64,000 nucleotides of DNA from an uncultured virus (IMG/VR IMGVR_UViG_3300025871_000494) (lineage: Duplodnaviria; Heunggongvirae; Uroviricota; Caudoviricetes), in the IMG/VR virus record IMGVR_UViG_3300025871_000494, one strand, 5' to 3'. Under the pieces are notes generated by a model that saw only the letters and a program-made list of their open reading frames with translations, had not been told where the DNA came from and did not search any database. The translations under genes were made by a program, and so were the position numbers. Shown here in pieces: positions 20,914 through 31,329 of the stretch. Numbering within the stretch: position 1 is the first letter of the stretch; each line of letters begins with the position of its first letter.

Positions 20914-21031
20914 TAGTTTCCATTTAATTTTTTTCAGAAAACCTTAAAAATCAGTAATAAAAATCATATTTTAATTCAAATGAATGATAACTAGGTAATC
21001 TTTGTAATATAATCTGTAAGGAGATCATAAT

Positions 21032-21706
21032 ATGGCTACATCACGAATCTTCCCAATGAACTGGGCAACCGGTGGGGGTGGAAGAGTTTCAGATACTGAT
21101 ACTGTACCAAAAGCAGCAATGCAATCTATTACCATGGCGGTTCGCTTTGGTGATGGTAAACAATTTGCTATAGGATATGTGCAACAATTTAAATGGACTA
21201 TGACTAGAGATAAAGAAATTCTTCATCAAATAGAAGCTTATCCTAATGGTACATTTGAATCTGCTACTAATCTAGCAACTGCTAGATTTGGTCAGACCTT
21301 TTATTGGCCAGGTGAACCGATTGAAGTTATACCTGGAAAAGTAAATGGCGTGGACATTACCTTAAGTAGATATGCTTTATATAGTTCCAATCTTCTTAGA
21401 TCTCTTATGAGAATAGACGGAGCAGGTACAGAAGATACCGAGCAAATACAAAATAATAATGAGATTCAATATACCGGTGCATTACAAAATCCTTATGTAT
21501 CTCTTATTCAACAGGTTAGACCAGTGTATATTTATCAACAATTCTTATCTCCTACAGTAGGAACTATTGTATTTGGTAGGGTATTTGAAGAATGCTGGTT
21601 TACAGATATAGGTGAGGATATACCAACAGCAGAAAAGAATGGTCCTATTCTAGAAAACGGTACTTTAACTGCTACTAGAATTCGTCCTATTCTAGCTGGT
21701 GCATAA
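21032..21706 (+). CDS. Tail tube protein
   Basis: Follows sheath (HEG between); IGYVQQF...IEVIPG...ITLSRYALY...VFEECWF pattern; AAGGAG RBS. Confidence 0.7.
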   Translation: MATSRIFPMNWATGGGGRVSDTDTVPKAAMQSITMAVRFGDGKQFAIGYVQQFKWTMTRDKEILHQIEAYPNGTFESATNLATARFGQTFYWPGEPIEVIPGKVNGVDITLSRYALYSSNLLRSLMRIDGAGTEDTEQIQNNNEIQYTGALQNPYVSLIQQVRPVYIYQQFLSPTVGTIVFGRVFEECWFTDIGEDIPTAEKNGPILENGTLTATRIRPILAGA

Positions 21707-21708
21707 TT

Positions 21709-21918
21709 ATGCAATCTAGAGATTTAGAAGTGTTCTATAGAAAACTAGCTGCAGATAATAACAGATTTGCAGCAGATTTATTTAGACACACCATATATCC
21801 TGCTTTTTTTGAAGATGCCGTATGGACAGATGTGAAAGAATTTGAAAATCAAAAACAGGAATTAATATCTCTAATAAGCAGGTTACAAATTATAAACGGT
21901 ATTGTTGAATTTAATTAA
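21709..21918 (+). CDS. Hypothetical protein
   Basis: 69-aa ORF between tube and chaperone. Confidence 0.4.
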   Translation: MQSRDLEVFYRKLAADNNRFAADLFRHTIYPAFFEDAVWTDVKEFENQKQELISLISRLQIINGIVEFN

Positions 21919-21947
21919 AAACCAGTAAAGGAGAAAATGAAATACAA

Positions 21948-22661
21948 ATGAAACAAGAATTAGAAGATTTTAATCAGAGTGAATTTTTAACAGGTCCTCA
22001 AGCTCCTTCTAAAATGAGAGGTATTCCAATGCCCCCAGGAGTTATGATGCATCCTGATGCAGAAATTGAAAAAGAATTAGATTCATTTGCGGATACAAAA
22101 TTGCATCAAGAACCTCAGTTTATAACAAAAGAAAGAAAAAATGAGATAGATGCAGAGATAGAGAAATATCTATCTAAAAATACTTTAGCAGAAGAACGGC
22201 TTTTAAAAGAAGTCGAAGCTGTTAAAAAGAAAAACGAAGCTGCTCCTGAGCATCCAAGAAATATTTTAGCTGATTTATTAGCTAAAGGTGAATTAAAAAA
22301 GACTTTCGATGTAGCAGGTCATACTTGGACACTAAGAGCGCTAGATCAAGGGGACATCCTTTTAGCAATGGATGATCTTAAGGATAGTATAGAAACCGAA
22401 GCTGGAAGAATTACATCGGTTGTCTTTTCAAAAGTAGTATATTCAATAGAAGCCATTGATGGCATCCCTATTTATCAATTCTTTCCAGAAATACAACCTC
22501 AAGATCACCCCTCTAAAATTGACTACATTATTACAGTCAAAAAATCTTTAAGAGCTTATCTAGTTGGTATGGCTCCTAGAATTATAGATCTTCTTTATTC
22601 AAAATATCTTGAATTAGAAGATGAAAGAGACAAAGCGCTAGATAAACTAAAAAACTCATAA
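21948..22661 (+). CDS. Tail assembly chaperone (gpG-like)
   Basis: Position between tube and tape measure; WTLRAL...SIEAIDGIP...LY.KY.EL; ends in slippery CTA AAA AAC TCA TAA. Confidence 0.7.
   Translation: MKQELEDFNQSEFLTGPQAPSKMRGIPMPPGVMMHPDAEIEKELDSFADTKLHQEPQFITKERKNEIDAEIEKYLSKNTLAEERLLKEVEAVKKKNEAAPEHPRNILADLLAKGELKKTFDVAGHTWTLRALDQGDILLAMDDLKDSIETEAGRITSVVFSKVVYSIEAIDGIPIYQFFPEIQPQDHPSKIDYIITVKKSLRAYLVGMAPRIIDLLYSKYLELEDERDKALDKLKNS
22649..22655 (+). other. -1 programmed ribosomal frameshift site A AAA AAC
   Basis: XXXYYYZ heptamer ending one codon before the stop; the -1 frame is open and joins the 22700 ORF. Confidence 0.75.
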
Positions 22662-23113
22662 GTCGTCCATTTGAAGAATGGGAAGACGCAGATGAATTAA
22701 TGGGCGACTTCAATTTCATGAAACTTTTCATCTGCGCAATGAATGGATGGAATCCTTACTCTGAAGAAGTTAAGTCAATACCTATTAGTTATTGGCTTAT
22801 TGCTATTCGCTGTAGACGATACAAACTATATGAAGAATGGACTGATATGATGAGACCTCACGGTGAATTCATATCCAGCATAGTAGCACCAGAAAACTAT
22901 GGTGAATGGAAAAAGTATCATGATCAAAAAGAAAAGAATAAAAAACAGGGTCTTCCTGATACAGTAAATATGGGTGATTCTCATTATGCTTCTGCAGATA
23001 CATATTATGATCCTACTAAAGGATTGGTTAGCATGAAAACTGGAGAAGTTCTTATATCAGATAAGGATATGAAAGATAGATTAAATATAGATGGAATCGC
23101 AGTAAGTATATAG
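22655..23113 (+). CDS. Tail assembly chaperone T part (gpGT fusion C-terminus; track ORF 22700..23113)
   Basis: -1 frame reads LISRPFEEWEDADELMGDFNF... without a stop. Confidence 0.65.
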   Translation, partial: LISRPFEEWEDADELMGDFNFMKLFICAMNGWNPYSEEVKSIPISYWLIAIRCRRYKLYEEWTDMMRPHGEFISSIVAPENYGEWKKYHDQKEKNKKQGLPDTVNMGDSHYASADTYYDPTKGLVSMKTGEVLISDKDMKDRLNIDGIAVSI

Positions 23114-23122
23114 GATATTATT

Positions 23123-25255
23123 ATGCCAGATCCAAAATTAGATCAAGTAATGCTGGATGTAAAAAAAGCTGCTGAGGTATCTAAAGGTGCTACTGCAGAT
23201 TTAACTGAACAACTAAAAAACGCAGAAGCTTTAAAAGATATATTTTCCAGCATTGATTCCACCCAGAGAAAAATGTTAGCAACAGAATTAGAAATGGATG
23301 AAGCTTTATCTAGATCTAAAAAATCTGTTAGTGAAACAAAGGATGCATTAGATAAAGTACCTTCTGTCCTTAAAGCAGCACAAGCAATACAAGAAAAAAC
23401 AGGAAAATCATATCAAGACGCTTTAGAAACTTTAAAAAAAGCAGCTGAGGAAACTAAAAAACATACTGCTGCTAATAAGGCATTACTATCAGCAATTAAA
23501 TCTGTAGAAGGTTCGTATAAGAAAGTTTCAGAAGAAATAGGAAAACAAGTTAAAACTTCTAAAGAAATAAATAAAGAACTCCAAATAAAAAGAAAAAATT
23601 TACAGGATATAAAAAAATTAGCATCTGAGGTAGGGGCACAGTTTAAATTAGTTTTTGGTGCAGCAGGTGCAGCAGGTCCTGAAGGTGCATTGAAAAGTAT
23701 GGTAGGTACTGCTTCTGCTTTTGGTAGATTTGGTACGGAAAAACTTAAAGGATATACTGAAAGAAGAAGAGAACGAGAACTAGAAAAAACAGGTGAAATT
23801 TCTAAAGTTACAGGGGCACTAACTGGTATATTAAAAGGTATACCAGCAGTAGGTGGATTTATAGGAGGAACTGCCAATGCTTTAATAGAATCTATGATGT
23901 ATGATTACAAAAGAAGATTACAGCAAAGAGTTTTTTCTGCAAGAGCCGGAGCATTAGGCGCACCTGGTGGTATTAGTGTAATGGCAAGTAGTCAATTAAC
24001 TAGAGAGGAATTTACCCAGTATGGTGAAACAGCTTTTAGAAAAGGTATTATTGGGAGAACTAAAGAAGAAGCGGAAGAAGAAATTAAAGGATATGCTCTA
24101 ATAAGCAAAACTTACGGTGAGGATATTGCTTCTGCATTTACCTCCAGTATAATTCAATCTTCTAATTCAGTAAGAGATACGTGGAAGATTGTAGAACAGA
24201 CTATGAGTCAATTTAGAGAAACTGCAAAACAAGCAGGTATTCCTTTACAAGATATAGCTAAATGGATAGGTGATAGTGCGGTACAAGCTAGATACCTAGG
24301 TGTAGATATGGAAACCGTAGCCAGAGTAACTCAAGGATTACTAAAAAATCAGGAATTACTTTTTAGAGCTGGCATTACTAAACAAAATATTGGAAAGGTA
24401 TCTGCAGACATTATTGGTGGAAGAGCACAACAAGGAATGGCTGTTAGTGCATTCTGGGCCAACCAAATAGGATTAAAAGGCTCATTAACTCAACAAATGG
24501 AACAATATATGTTGGGAGGAAAATACTTCAAAGAAAGAGAAGGTGGCGGGTATTCTCTAGAAGAGTCCGGGATAACAGGCAGAGATATAACCTTAAGAAC
24601 AATAAGAGAATTTCAAAAACTAATTCTAAGTGGACCTGCAGGGTTTCAAAAAGGTATGGCTGCAATGCAAGCTGGAATTGCACCTATTAAAGATATGGAA
24701 ACGCTAAGAACATTAATGCTAACACCTGCAGAAAAATTAGATGAACTAGTACCAGCAATACAGCAAGAAATGAAACCACCAGATGAAAAGCTAGGACAGT
24801 TGGTTAAATTTGAATTAATTACACAAAAATGGCAAGATAGAGTTGCAACACTTTTGGTACAACTTGCAAAAGGAGAAGCAACACCTGCAAAAGCTCTGCA
24901 AGCGTATAGAGAAAGTAAAAACGTATTAAAAGATATTATAGGAATGGAAGAAGGTGGAAAGAAGCATATTGGTGGCGTTATAAAACGAGGAACAGTAAGC
25001 GAAGTTCTTACAAGTGAATCTATGAAATCTCTTGGACGTGATAGTTTTTATGCTTTTAATCCTTCGCATGATATACAAATTGGTTCTCCGCAAACTACTA
25101 AAAATGCTATGAATAGAGTTAGTGGCGGAATGGGAACTTCAGACAAAAAAATAGAAATTACTTTAAATATAAATGGATCAATATTAACAGATAATACCTT
25201 TCTTAATAAAATAGAAGAAGTATTTGCTAGAAGAATGGGTTTAATAGGTGGATAA
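23123..25255 (+). CDS. Tape measure protein
   Basis: Helical Ala/Lys/Glu-rich N-terminus, Gly/Ala-rich middle, follows G/GT chaperones, C-terminal HIGGVI motif. Confidence 0.75.
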   Translation: MPDPKLDQVMLDVKKAAEVSKGATADLTEQLKNAEALKDIFSSIDSTQRKMLATELEMDEALSRSKKSVSETKDALDKVPSVLKAAQAIQEKTGKSYQDALETLKKAAEETKKHTAANKALLSAIKSVEGSYKKVSEEIGKQVKTSKEINKELQIKRKNLQDIKKLASEVGAQFKLVFGAAGAAGPEGALKSMVGTASAFGRFGTEKLKGYTERRRERELEKTGEISKVTGALTGILKGIPAVGGFIGGTANALIESMMYDYKRRLQQRVFSARAGALGAPGGISVMASSQLTREEFTQYGETAFRKGIIGRTKEEAEEEIKGYALISKTYGEDIASAFTSSIIQSSNSVRDTWKIVEQTMSQFRETAKQAGIPLQDIAKWIGDSAVQARYLGVDMETVARVTQGLLKNQELLFRAGITKQNIGKVSADIIGGRAQQGMAVSAFWANQIGLKGSLTQQMEQYMLGGKYFKEREGGGYSLEESGITGRDITLRTIREFQKLILSGPAGFQKGMAAMQAGIAPIKDMETLRTLMLTPAEKLDELVPAIQQEMKPPDEKLGQLVKFELITQKWQDRVATLLVQLAKGEATPAKALQAYRESKNVLKDIIGMEEGGKKHIGGVIKRGTVSEVLTSESMKSLGRDSFYAFNPSHDIQIGSPQTTKNAMNRVSGGMGTSDKKIEITLNINGSILTDNTFLNKIEEVFARRMGLIGG

Positions 25256-25258
25256 TAT

Positions 25259-26080
25259 ATGGCAGGCTTAACTCCTTTTTTATTTTCTTCAAATATGCTA
25301 CAGCAAATGGCTTTACAAAAAAGATCATATCTTAGCACTAATCTAACTAGTTTATTAACTAAGGGTGTTGTATCTGATTCTACACAAATAAAAAATTCTT
25401 GGTATGAAATGTGGATAAATCCTTCTTCTATTACTATACAAGATAAATATATTCAAAATAGACAGCATACAGCAGGTTCTATTGTTACTTTTCATTACAG
25501 ACAAGATGTAAAAGTAATCACTGTGGAAGGTGCAGTTGGTTGGGTTCAAATTGAATCTGCTTCGCAAAATGCTGAAACTGGTGCTTTTAACCTTCTAAAA
25601 GGAAATACTAATTATATTAAACAAGGATTAAGAAATACATATAATTCGTATACAAGAAATGGTCAAATAGATCCCAATAAATTAAAAGCTCAATTAAATA
25701 AATGGAATCCAAGTCTTTCAGAAAGTAATAGAATTAAAGCTGGAAGACACGCAGATAATACAGATAATTCACCCAGATTATTCTTACAAAGATTAAAAGA
25801 TTTAGCAGATCAACCTGCATATTATTATGATAATGATGGACAAGAACATTATAATGTAAAATATATAAAGATGTATACAAAACAATTTCCTACTGGTGTA
25901 ATAGCAGAAGGATATTTCACGTCTTTTCAAGTACCAGAAACTAAAGATGATGCACAAACAGTTCATTATAGCTTTGAATATATTGTAGAAAATCTAAGAA
26001 AAATTACTATTTCACAAAGAGTTCCTGGTATGTATACATCTACTACTAATCTACAGAATGGAATGGTTAAAATACTATAA
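25259..26080 (+). CDS. Baseplate/tube-initiator protein
   Basis: MWINPSSI.I...ITVEG...EGYFTSF.V.E......YSFEY.V pattern right after TMP. Confidence 0.6.
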   Translation: MAGLTPFLFSSNMLQQMALQKRSYLSTNLTSLLTKGVVSDSTQIKNSWYEMWINPSSITIQDKYIQNRQHTAGSIVTFHYRQDVKVITVEGAVGWVQIESASQNAETGAFNLLKGNTNYIKQGLRNTYNSYTRNGQIDPNKLKAQLNKWNPSLSESNRIKAGRHADNTDNSPRLFLQRLKDLADQPAYYYDNDGQEHYNVKYIKMYTKQFPTGVIAEGYFTSFQVPETKDDAQTVHYSFEYIVENLRKITISQRVPGMYTSTTNLQNGMVKIL

Positions 26081-29000
26081 TGCCTACTCCTATTGAACGC
26101 TTTAGAGATAAATTAAAAGCTGAAGGAAAAAAGCTAGTAGTAAATACTACAGATTCTTCTGCAAATGCACAAGGTATAGTATTTGGTACATTTGATAAAA
26201 CATATCCTGTCTCTGCTATAGAAAGAGAAAGAGAAGATGGTGTAACTTTAGTTAATTTAAGTCCTGAATGCAGAGTTTTTTTATGTGGTGCAGAAGTAAC
26301 TAAAGATGTTATAGGAGTAGATACCAGTTATGATGATGCTGCAAATGGTGGTTGTACCATAACTTTATCTAACCCCAGAGGAAAGTATAATGTAGATATT
26401 ACAGATCTAATAGGAGAAGCCAATCAAGGAAGATGGAGAGAAGATAAAGATATTTTGCAAGCATATGAATATCCTTGGTTAAATAAACAAGGATCGCCTT
26501 ATGATAATGTATCTACTAAAGTAGAAAGATCATTAAAAACAGATTTAAACCCATCTGATTTTTCTGCGGCATTTGATAAAATAGGTAGAAATACTGTAGA
26601 ATCAGATATAATTAATAGTATAAATTCTCTTACTAATTTAAAGATAAATGATAGTATGGGTATTACTAGAATGTTATATGAAATAAAATTTCATAGTAAT
26701 TGCCCAAAGAAAGCAGGTGAGATTATTTTTGATTTTAGAGATCCCATATATGTATTTTTTAAAGGAAGATTTTCTTCTTACTGGTATTTTGGATTTAGTG
26801 GTGTAATAAGTGGACTAGACCAAAGTAGATCATATGGATCTGACGATATAATAACTATACAAGGATCTGATCCTTTATATATTTACAAAAGAAAGAAATA
26901 TACTGATAAAGGTTCTTTAATTCGTGCTGCTTCTCATGAAAGTGGTATCAAAGGACTTGCCAATAGAGGACAAAAAATTGAGTCTGGGCAACCAGGTGCA
27001 TTTAATACTTTAGTTAAAGTAATGTTTTTCTCACAAGATGAAAGACAGTATAAAGCTATAGAAAATAGTCATTTTTACTATACCTCTGCTAATACTTTAG
27101 CTAAATCTAATAGCAATCCACCACCATATAATACTTCTAGTAGCAGTACAAATTTAGAAAGGTATATGAATGTGTTTCGTGAAGCCCACGAGTTTAAAAC
27201 AGGAGTAAATTCTAATCAAAATTATATTGATGGAATGATGTGTAGAGAATTTACTTTAAGAAGCGTTACTTCTGGTTTATTATCTTCTCTTACGAGTATA
27301 ACAGGTGCAGGATTAAATCTTGTTAATGCAGGATTAAATCTTGTTGATACCGGATTAAATACAGTAATGAATCCTGGCACTATGATACCTATAGGTAATA
27401 CCGGAACGATTCAAAATCTAAGACCGTTTACTGCACTGACTGGTTTTGATTCAAATAGTTTACAAAATCAAATAGATAAAGGGCTTACAAAGTTTCAGGG
27501 TAAAGTTATAAATACACTTGATAGTAAAGTACAAAGTGTTTATAAAACAACGGAATTAGGTGGTAAAATAACAGAAGCTGTAGCACAGCAAATAGGAATT
27601 GAATCTGGAAGACAAACCAATTTTGAATCTTGGTTTAAACAAGATAAACCTTATTTAGCTGATCCAGATTGTTTTAATCTGGGTCCTTGGAATGATATCT
27701 ATTTACAATATAACGAAATAACTATAGAAGATTTTAAAGAAGAGAATATCAAACCCTTTTATGATACTTCTGTAAGATATTGGACAAAAGATTATTCTCT
27801 AAAAGACGAAGCCAATCTTGTATCTAAGGTTGGTAGTGCTTTAATAAATGAAGCAGTTTCTGGTGTAGATAAGCTTACTGGAAAAGCTAAAGTAGGTACT
27901 GCAGCCAGTCAAGCTATCAATGCAGTTTCCAAAGGTTATCCCTTTAACAATTCAATTGATACTACTAAGACTGGATGGCAAAGTAATAGTGGATTCGGTG
28001 TATGTGGTATTCATCCTGCCCTTACATATGATTTTATTAACAACTTTCATAGAGTAGAAGATGTATATAATGCAGCCATAAATCCAAAAACCGGAAGACC
28101 TGATTTACTTGATAGTATAGTAGTAACACCCTATGAAAGATTAAAAGAAATGGTGTTAGGTAGTCCTACAGAACTCAGTGCAATAGATAGTCCGGCACAA
28201 ATGGGAACTCAGAAAAATTATTTTAGACCTAGATTATTTTTCTTATGGCCCAAGAAGTTTAGAAAACGTGATAAGGATCGTTGGACTATAAGTGAATTAC
28301 TTTTAACAGAAGAAAACATAACATCATCCTATGATGCAATAGAAAAACTTACAAATGATGAAGAATATTGTGTATATTGTTCTCCTATGGGTGATATCTT
28401 TATAGAACCTATTATGTATGATTTTCATCCTTCTAAGTTTATGTCTAAAATAGAAGAAAGAGATCCTGTTTATGATAAAAAACCAGTTTACTTTAGAAAT
28501 TTTAACAATACCACAGATGGAGAAAAGGTAGTATATAGAAAAGATTATGCTTACTTTTTTAATACTAAAGCTAATCATCCATTGTTTATAACTCAAAAAG
28601 ATACAATGCGTGTTAGTGAAACAATTAAACCCGAAATGATTAGAACTAGTGTTATTGTTGAAGGAAGTAGCTCCGGTGGGCAAGGAATGATAGATGCTAC
28701 TCTAGCTGGTTTCATGCGTGTTGGTAGATATTTTACTATTCATAAAAATATAACAGATGATACTAAAAATAAAGAAGCAATGAATTTTCAACCTGGCATA
28801 TATATTGCAGATGGTTTTCCTAACGTATTCCGTGGCGACGATTCTCTAGAAAATTGGACAAAAAAGATTAAATTAGGAAATAGAGTAGATGAGCTTACCA
28901 GTAGTTACAATTCTATACTTTTAGATACGCTATTAGCAGATAGAGGTGATAATACATTATACTCCTTAATTGAAGAATCTGGTACTTCAGCAGTAAATTT

Positions 29001-31311
29001 CTCTAAACAAAATATTAAATCTTTTGCACATTCTGATATTGCTGCTGTTCATCAAAAATTGCAAGTTGAGTATAGTGCTACAACTATTCAACAATTTATT
29101 ATTGATAATGCAGGTAGTCCTTTCAAAGATTTAACAGTATATTCTTGGATTGTACTAAATCAGGTATGCCCCAATATATATAAACTTATTCAGTATTTAT
29201 CAAATAAGGATATCCAGAGTACTACAGTTGGATCAAGTTCTAATACATCTGGTACTAAAGCTATTTCAGATAATTTATTATTATTTTTAGGAAAATATAA
29301 TATTAAATCTACTAAAGGTCTTGCTAATTTATCTATTTCTGATATTGCAGAAGTTTTTAAAATAGAAAGTAGAGCTGGATCTTCACAACCAGTTAAAACT
29401 TCTTCATTAGAAACTAGAAGCGTTGGCTCTGTAGAAGCACTATTAACTACTGAATTATCTCGTGCGTATGAAATTTGTCTATTATCTGGCAATGGTCTAA
29501 AAAGCATGATAATACAAGGAATGCATGATAACATAAAAGATTTATTACCAGATACTGCAGCTTTTCCTATATTAACCAGAGGAGATTTAAAAGTATTAGA
29601 AAGAAGCGGTTTATATAATCCTAATACAGATTTTGTATCTAAATATGGTTATAATCCGGGACCTACAATTATTAACACTGCAATAGATAATGGACAAGAA
29701 GCAGTAAGATTTGCTAAAACACTTTTTAATAGAATGACATCGCAAGCAACTATATTTAGTATAGATCTTGTAGGAAGGCCAGAATTTTGGCTAAATCGTC
29801 CTTACTATCTAGAAGATAAGTACTCTATTGGCTTGCTTACCACCTTTTCTATAAAATATGGTATAGAACAACCATTTACTAGTTCTGCTACTCTTTCTTA
29901 TATAAGAAGAAATTCTATTACATACTCATATTCTTTAAATGAATTGGATACTGTTGCTAGCCCAGTTTTAGGTGTAATGCCTTTTGCTAGACCTGATACT
30001 GGTATAAATTTAAATATAGGAAATATGCAAAGTACGCTTTCATTACCGGATACTACCGAAACAGTTAACTTACTAAATAAAACAGCATTTGATAGTGCAT
30101 CTTTAACCGCATTATCGCCTACTTCTAGAGGTGTATCGAAAGTTACTTCTCTTTCTAAAAATAAATTAGCAAATAATGCTTCTACTCTATTAGAAGATGC
30201 ATTAGGTTCCAATTCACATTCTAATAGTTATTTTAATCAAAAAGCTTTGAAATATTATAAAACATTAGGAACTTTAACTTCCTCTAAAATACCAGCAACT
30301 GACGAATTTTATAACACCGGAAGTTGGGTAGGACAGGGCGTTGGCATATTGGGTCAAACTATAGCAAATTCTGTTGCAACTTTTCTACCTACAATTACTG
30401 GTAATCCAGTTAATGGTGGCTTATATGTAGCACATGATTGCATAGGGCACTTAAATTATAATGACAGTGTATATGCAGCTGCTACAGATAATAAGATAGT
30501 TACAGAAAGAAGTACAGCAGAAAATCAAAATCTTCCAACTATAGGAAGAAAGTTAGGTGATGATATTCTAACAGAATCTCAAAGTAGTGCTCTTGAACTT
30601 AAAATGATAGAAGTTAATAATGCTTTTATTACATTACAAAATAAAGAAAAAAGCTTAAAAGAACAAATAGATATAATAGATAAACTACAGCAAAATATTA
30701 ATAAAGATGAAGAGGATCGAGATATAGCATATCAGAATCTTAAAACTTCTAGAAATAACTATAATTCATATCCAGAAGGTAGCAGCGAAAAGTTACAAGC
30801 AGGAAAAGACAAAAATAAATATTATAAAGAATGGAAAACTTTAGTAGAAAAAGTTACTAAAGAAACAAATACTAAAAATGATTATGATAAAAAATTAACT
30901 TCTGCCTTAGAAGACTATTCTACTTTTGGTCAAACTATTTATAATGGTAGTGTGTCTTTCGATAAAACTACTAAAACTAGGAAGAAACCTTCTAAACCCT
31001 ATGCTACAGATACAACTAGTGATGAAAACGAAAAAGAACAACAAGCTAAGTTAAGCAGTTTACCATTATTGCAGCAACTTTATTTAACAATACCAAAGTA
31101 TTCTTATTATAATGATACTACTAAAATAAGGATAAAATGGACAATACGAGATGATACAGAATTACCACAAAGCACAAGTAAGAAAAAAGCAGAATTAACA
31201 GCTGCTAGCGGAAGTAATTTAGCAGGCGTAGGTGCTGTTTCTAGTGGATTAGGTTCCAGTAGCTTGGAAGAACAAAACGGTTCTTGCCCTAGCTATATTA
31301 TTAAGAAATAA
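26080..31311 (+). CDS. Large baseplate hub protein (gp27/Mu gp44-like core with long insertions and coiled-coil extension)
   Basis: CTITLSNP, DPIYVFFKGRF...FGFSG...ITIQGSD, YCSPMGDIFIEP, GRPE...NRPYY motifs; position before spike. Confidence 0.65.
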   Translation: MPTPIERFRDKLKAEGKKLVVNTTDSSANAQGIVFGTFDKTYPVSAIEREREDGVTLVNLSPECRVFLCGAEVTKDVIGVDTSYDDAANGGCTITLSNPRGKYNVDITDLIGEANQGRWREDKDILQAYEYPWLNKQGSPYDNVSTKVERSLKTDLNPSDFSAAFDKIGRNTVESDIINSINSLTNLKINDSMGITRMLYEIKFHSNCPKKAGEIIFDFRDPIYVFFKGRFSSYWYFGFSGVISGLDQSRSYGSDDIITIQGSDPLYIYKRKKYTDKGSLIRAASHESGIKGLANRGQKIESGQPGAFNTLVKVMFFSQDERQYKAIENSHFYYTSANTLAKSNSNPPPYNTSSSSTNLERYMNVFREAHEFKTGVNSNQNYIDGMMCREFTLRSVTSGLLSSLTSITGAGLNLVNAGLNLVDTGLNTVMNPGTMIPIGNTGTIQNLRPFTALTGFDSNSLQNQIDKGLTKFQGKVINTLDSKVQSVYKTTELGGKITEAVAQQIGIESGRQTNFESWFKQDKPYLADPDCFNLGPWNDIYLQYNEITIEDFKEENIKPFYDTSVRYWTKDYSLKDEANLVSKVGSALINEAVSGVDKLTGKAKVGTAASQAINAVSKGYPFNNSIDTTKTGWQSNSGFGVCGIHPALTYDFINNFHRVEDVYNAAINPKTGRPDLLDSIVVTPYERLKEMVLGSPTELSAIDSPAQMGTQKNYFRPRLFFLWPKKFRKRDKDRWTISELLLTEENITSSYDAIEKLTNDEEYCVYCSPMGDIFIEPIMYDFHPSKFMSKIEERDPVYDKKPVYFRNFNNTTDGEKVVYRKDYAYFFNTKANHPLFITQKDTMRVSETIKPEMIRTSVIVEGSSSGGQGMIDATLAGFMRVGRYFTIHKNITDDTKNKEAMNFQPGIYIADGFPNVFRGDDSLENWTKKIKLGNRVDELTSSYNSILLDTLLADRGDNTLYSLIEESGTSAVNFSKQNIKSFAHSDIAAVHQKLQVEYSATTIQQFIIDNAGSPFKDLTVYSWIVLNQVCPNIYKLIQYLSNKDIQSTTVGSSSNTSGTKAISDNLLLFLGKYNIKSTKGLANLSISDIAEVFKIESRAGSSQPVKTSSLETRSVGSVEALLTTELSRAYEICLLSGNGLKSMIIQGMHDNIKDLLPDTAAFPILTRGDLKVLERSGLYNPNTDFVSKYGYNPGPTIINTAIDNGQEAVRFAKTLFNRMTSQATIFSIDLVGRPEFWLNRPYYLEDKYSIGLLTTFSIKYGIEQPFTSSATLSYIRRNSITYSYSLNELDTVASPVLGVMPFARPDTGINLNIGNMQSTLSLPDTTETVNLLNKTAFDSASLTALSPTSRGVSKVTSLSKNKLANNASTLLEDALGSNSHSNSYFNQKALKYYKTLGTLTSSKIPATDEFYNTGSWVGQGVGILGQTIANSVATFLPTITGNPVNGGLYVAHDCIGHLNYNDSVYAAATDNKIVTERSTAENQNLPTIGRKLGDDILTESQSSALELKMIEVNNAFITLQNKEKSLKEQIDIIDKLQQNINKDEEDRDIAYQNLKTSRNNYNSYPEGSSEKLQAGKDKNKYYKEWKTLVEKVTKETNTKNDYDKKLTSALEDYSTFGQTIYNGSVSFDKTTKTRKKPSKPYATDTTSDENEKEQQAKLSSLPLLQQLYLTIPKYSYYNDTTKIRIKWTIRDDTELPQSTSKKKAELTAASGSNLAGVGAVSSGLGSSSLEEQNGSCPSYIIKK
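27307..27360 (+). repeat. In-frame 21-bp tandem repeat (about 2.5 copies; AGLNLVN/AGLNLVD/TGLN)
   Basis: gcaggattaaatcttgttaat gcaggattaaatcttgttgat accggattaaat. Confidence 0.8.
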
Positions 31312-31329
31312 ATGAATAAGGAGTAATAG

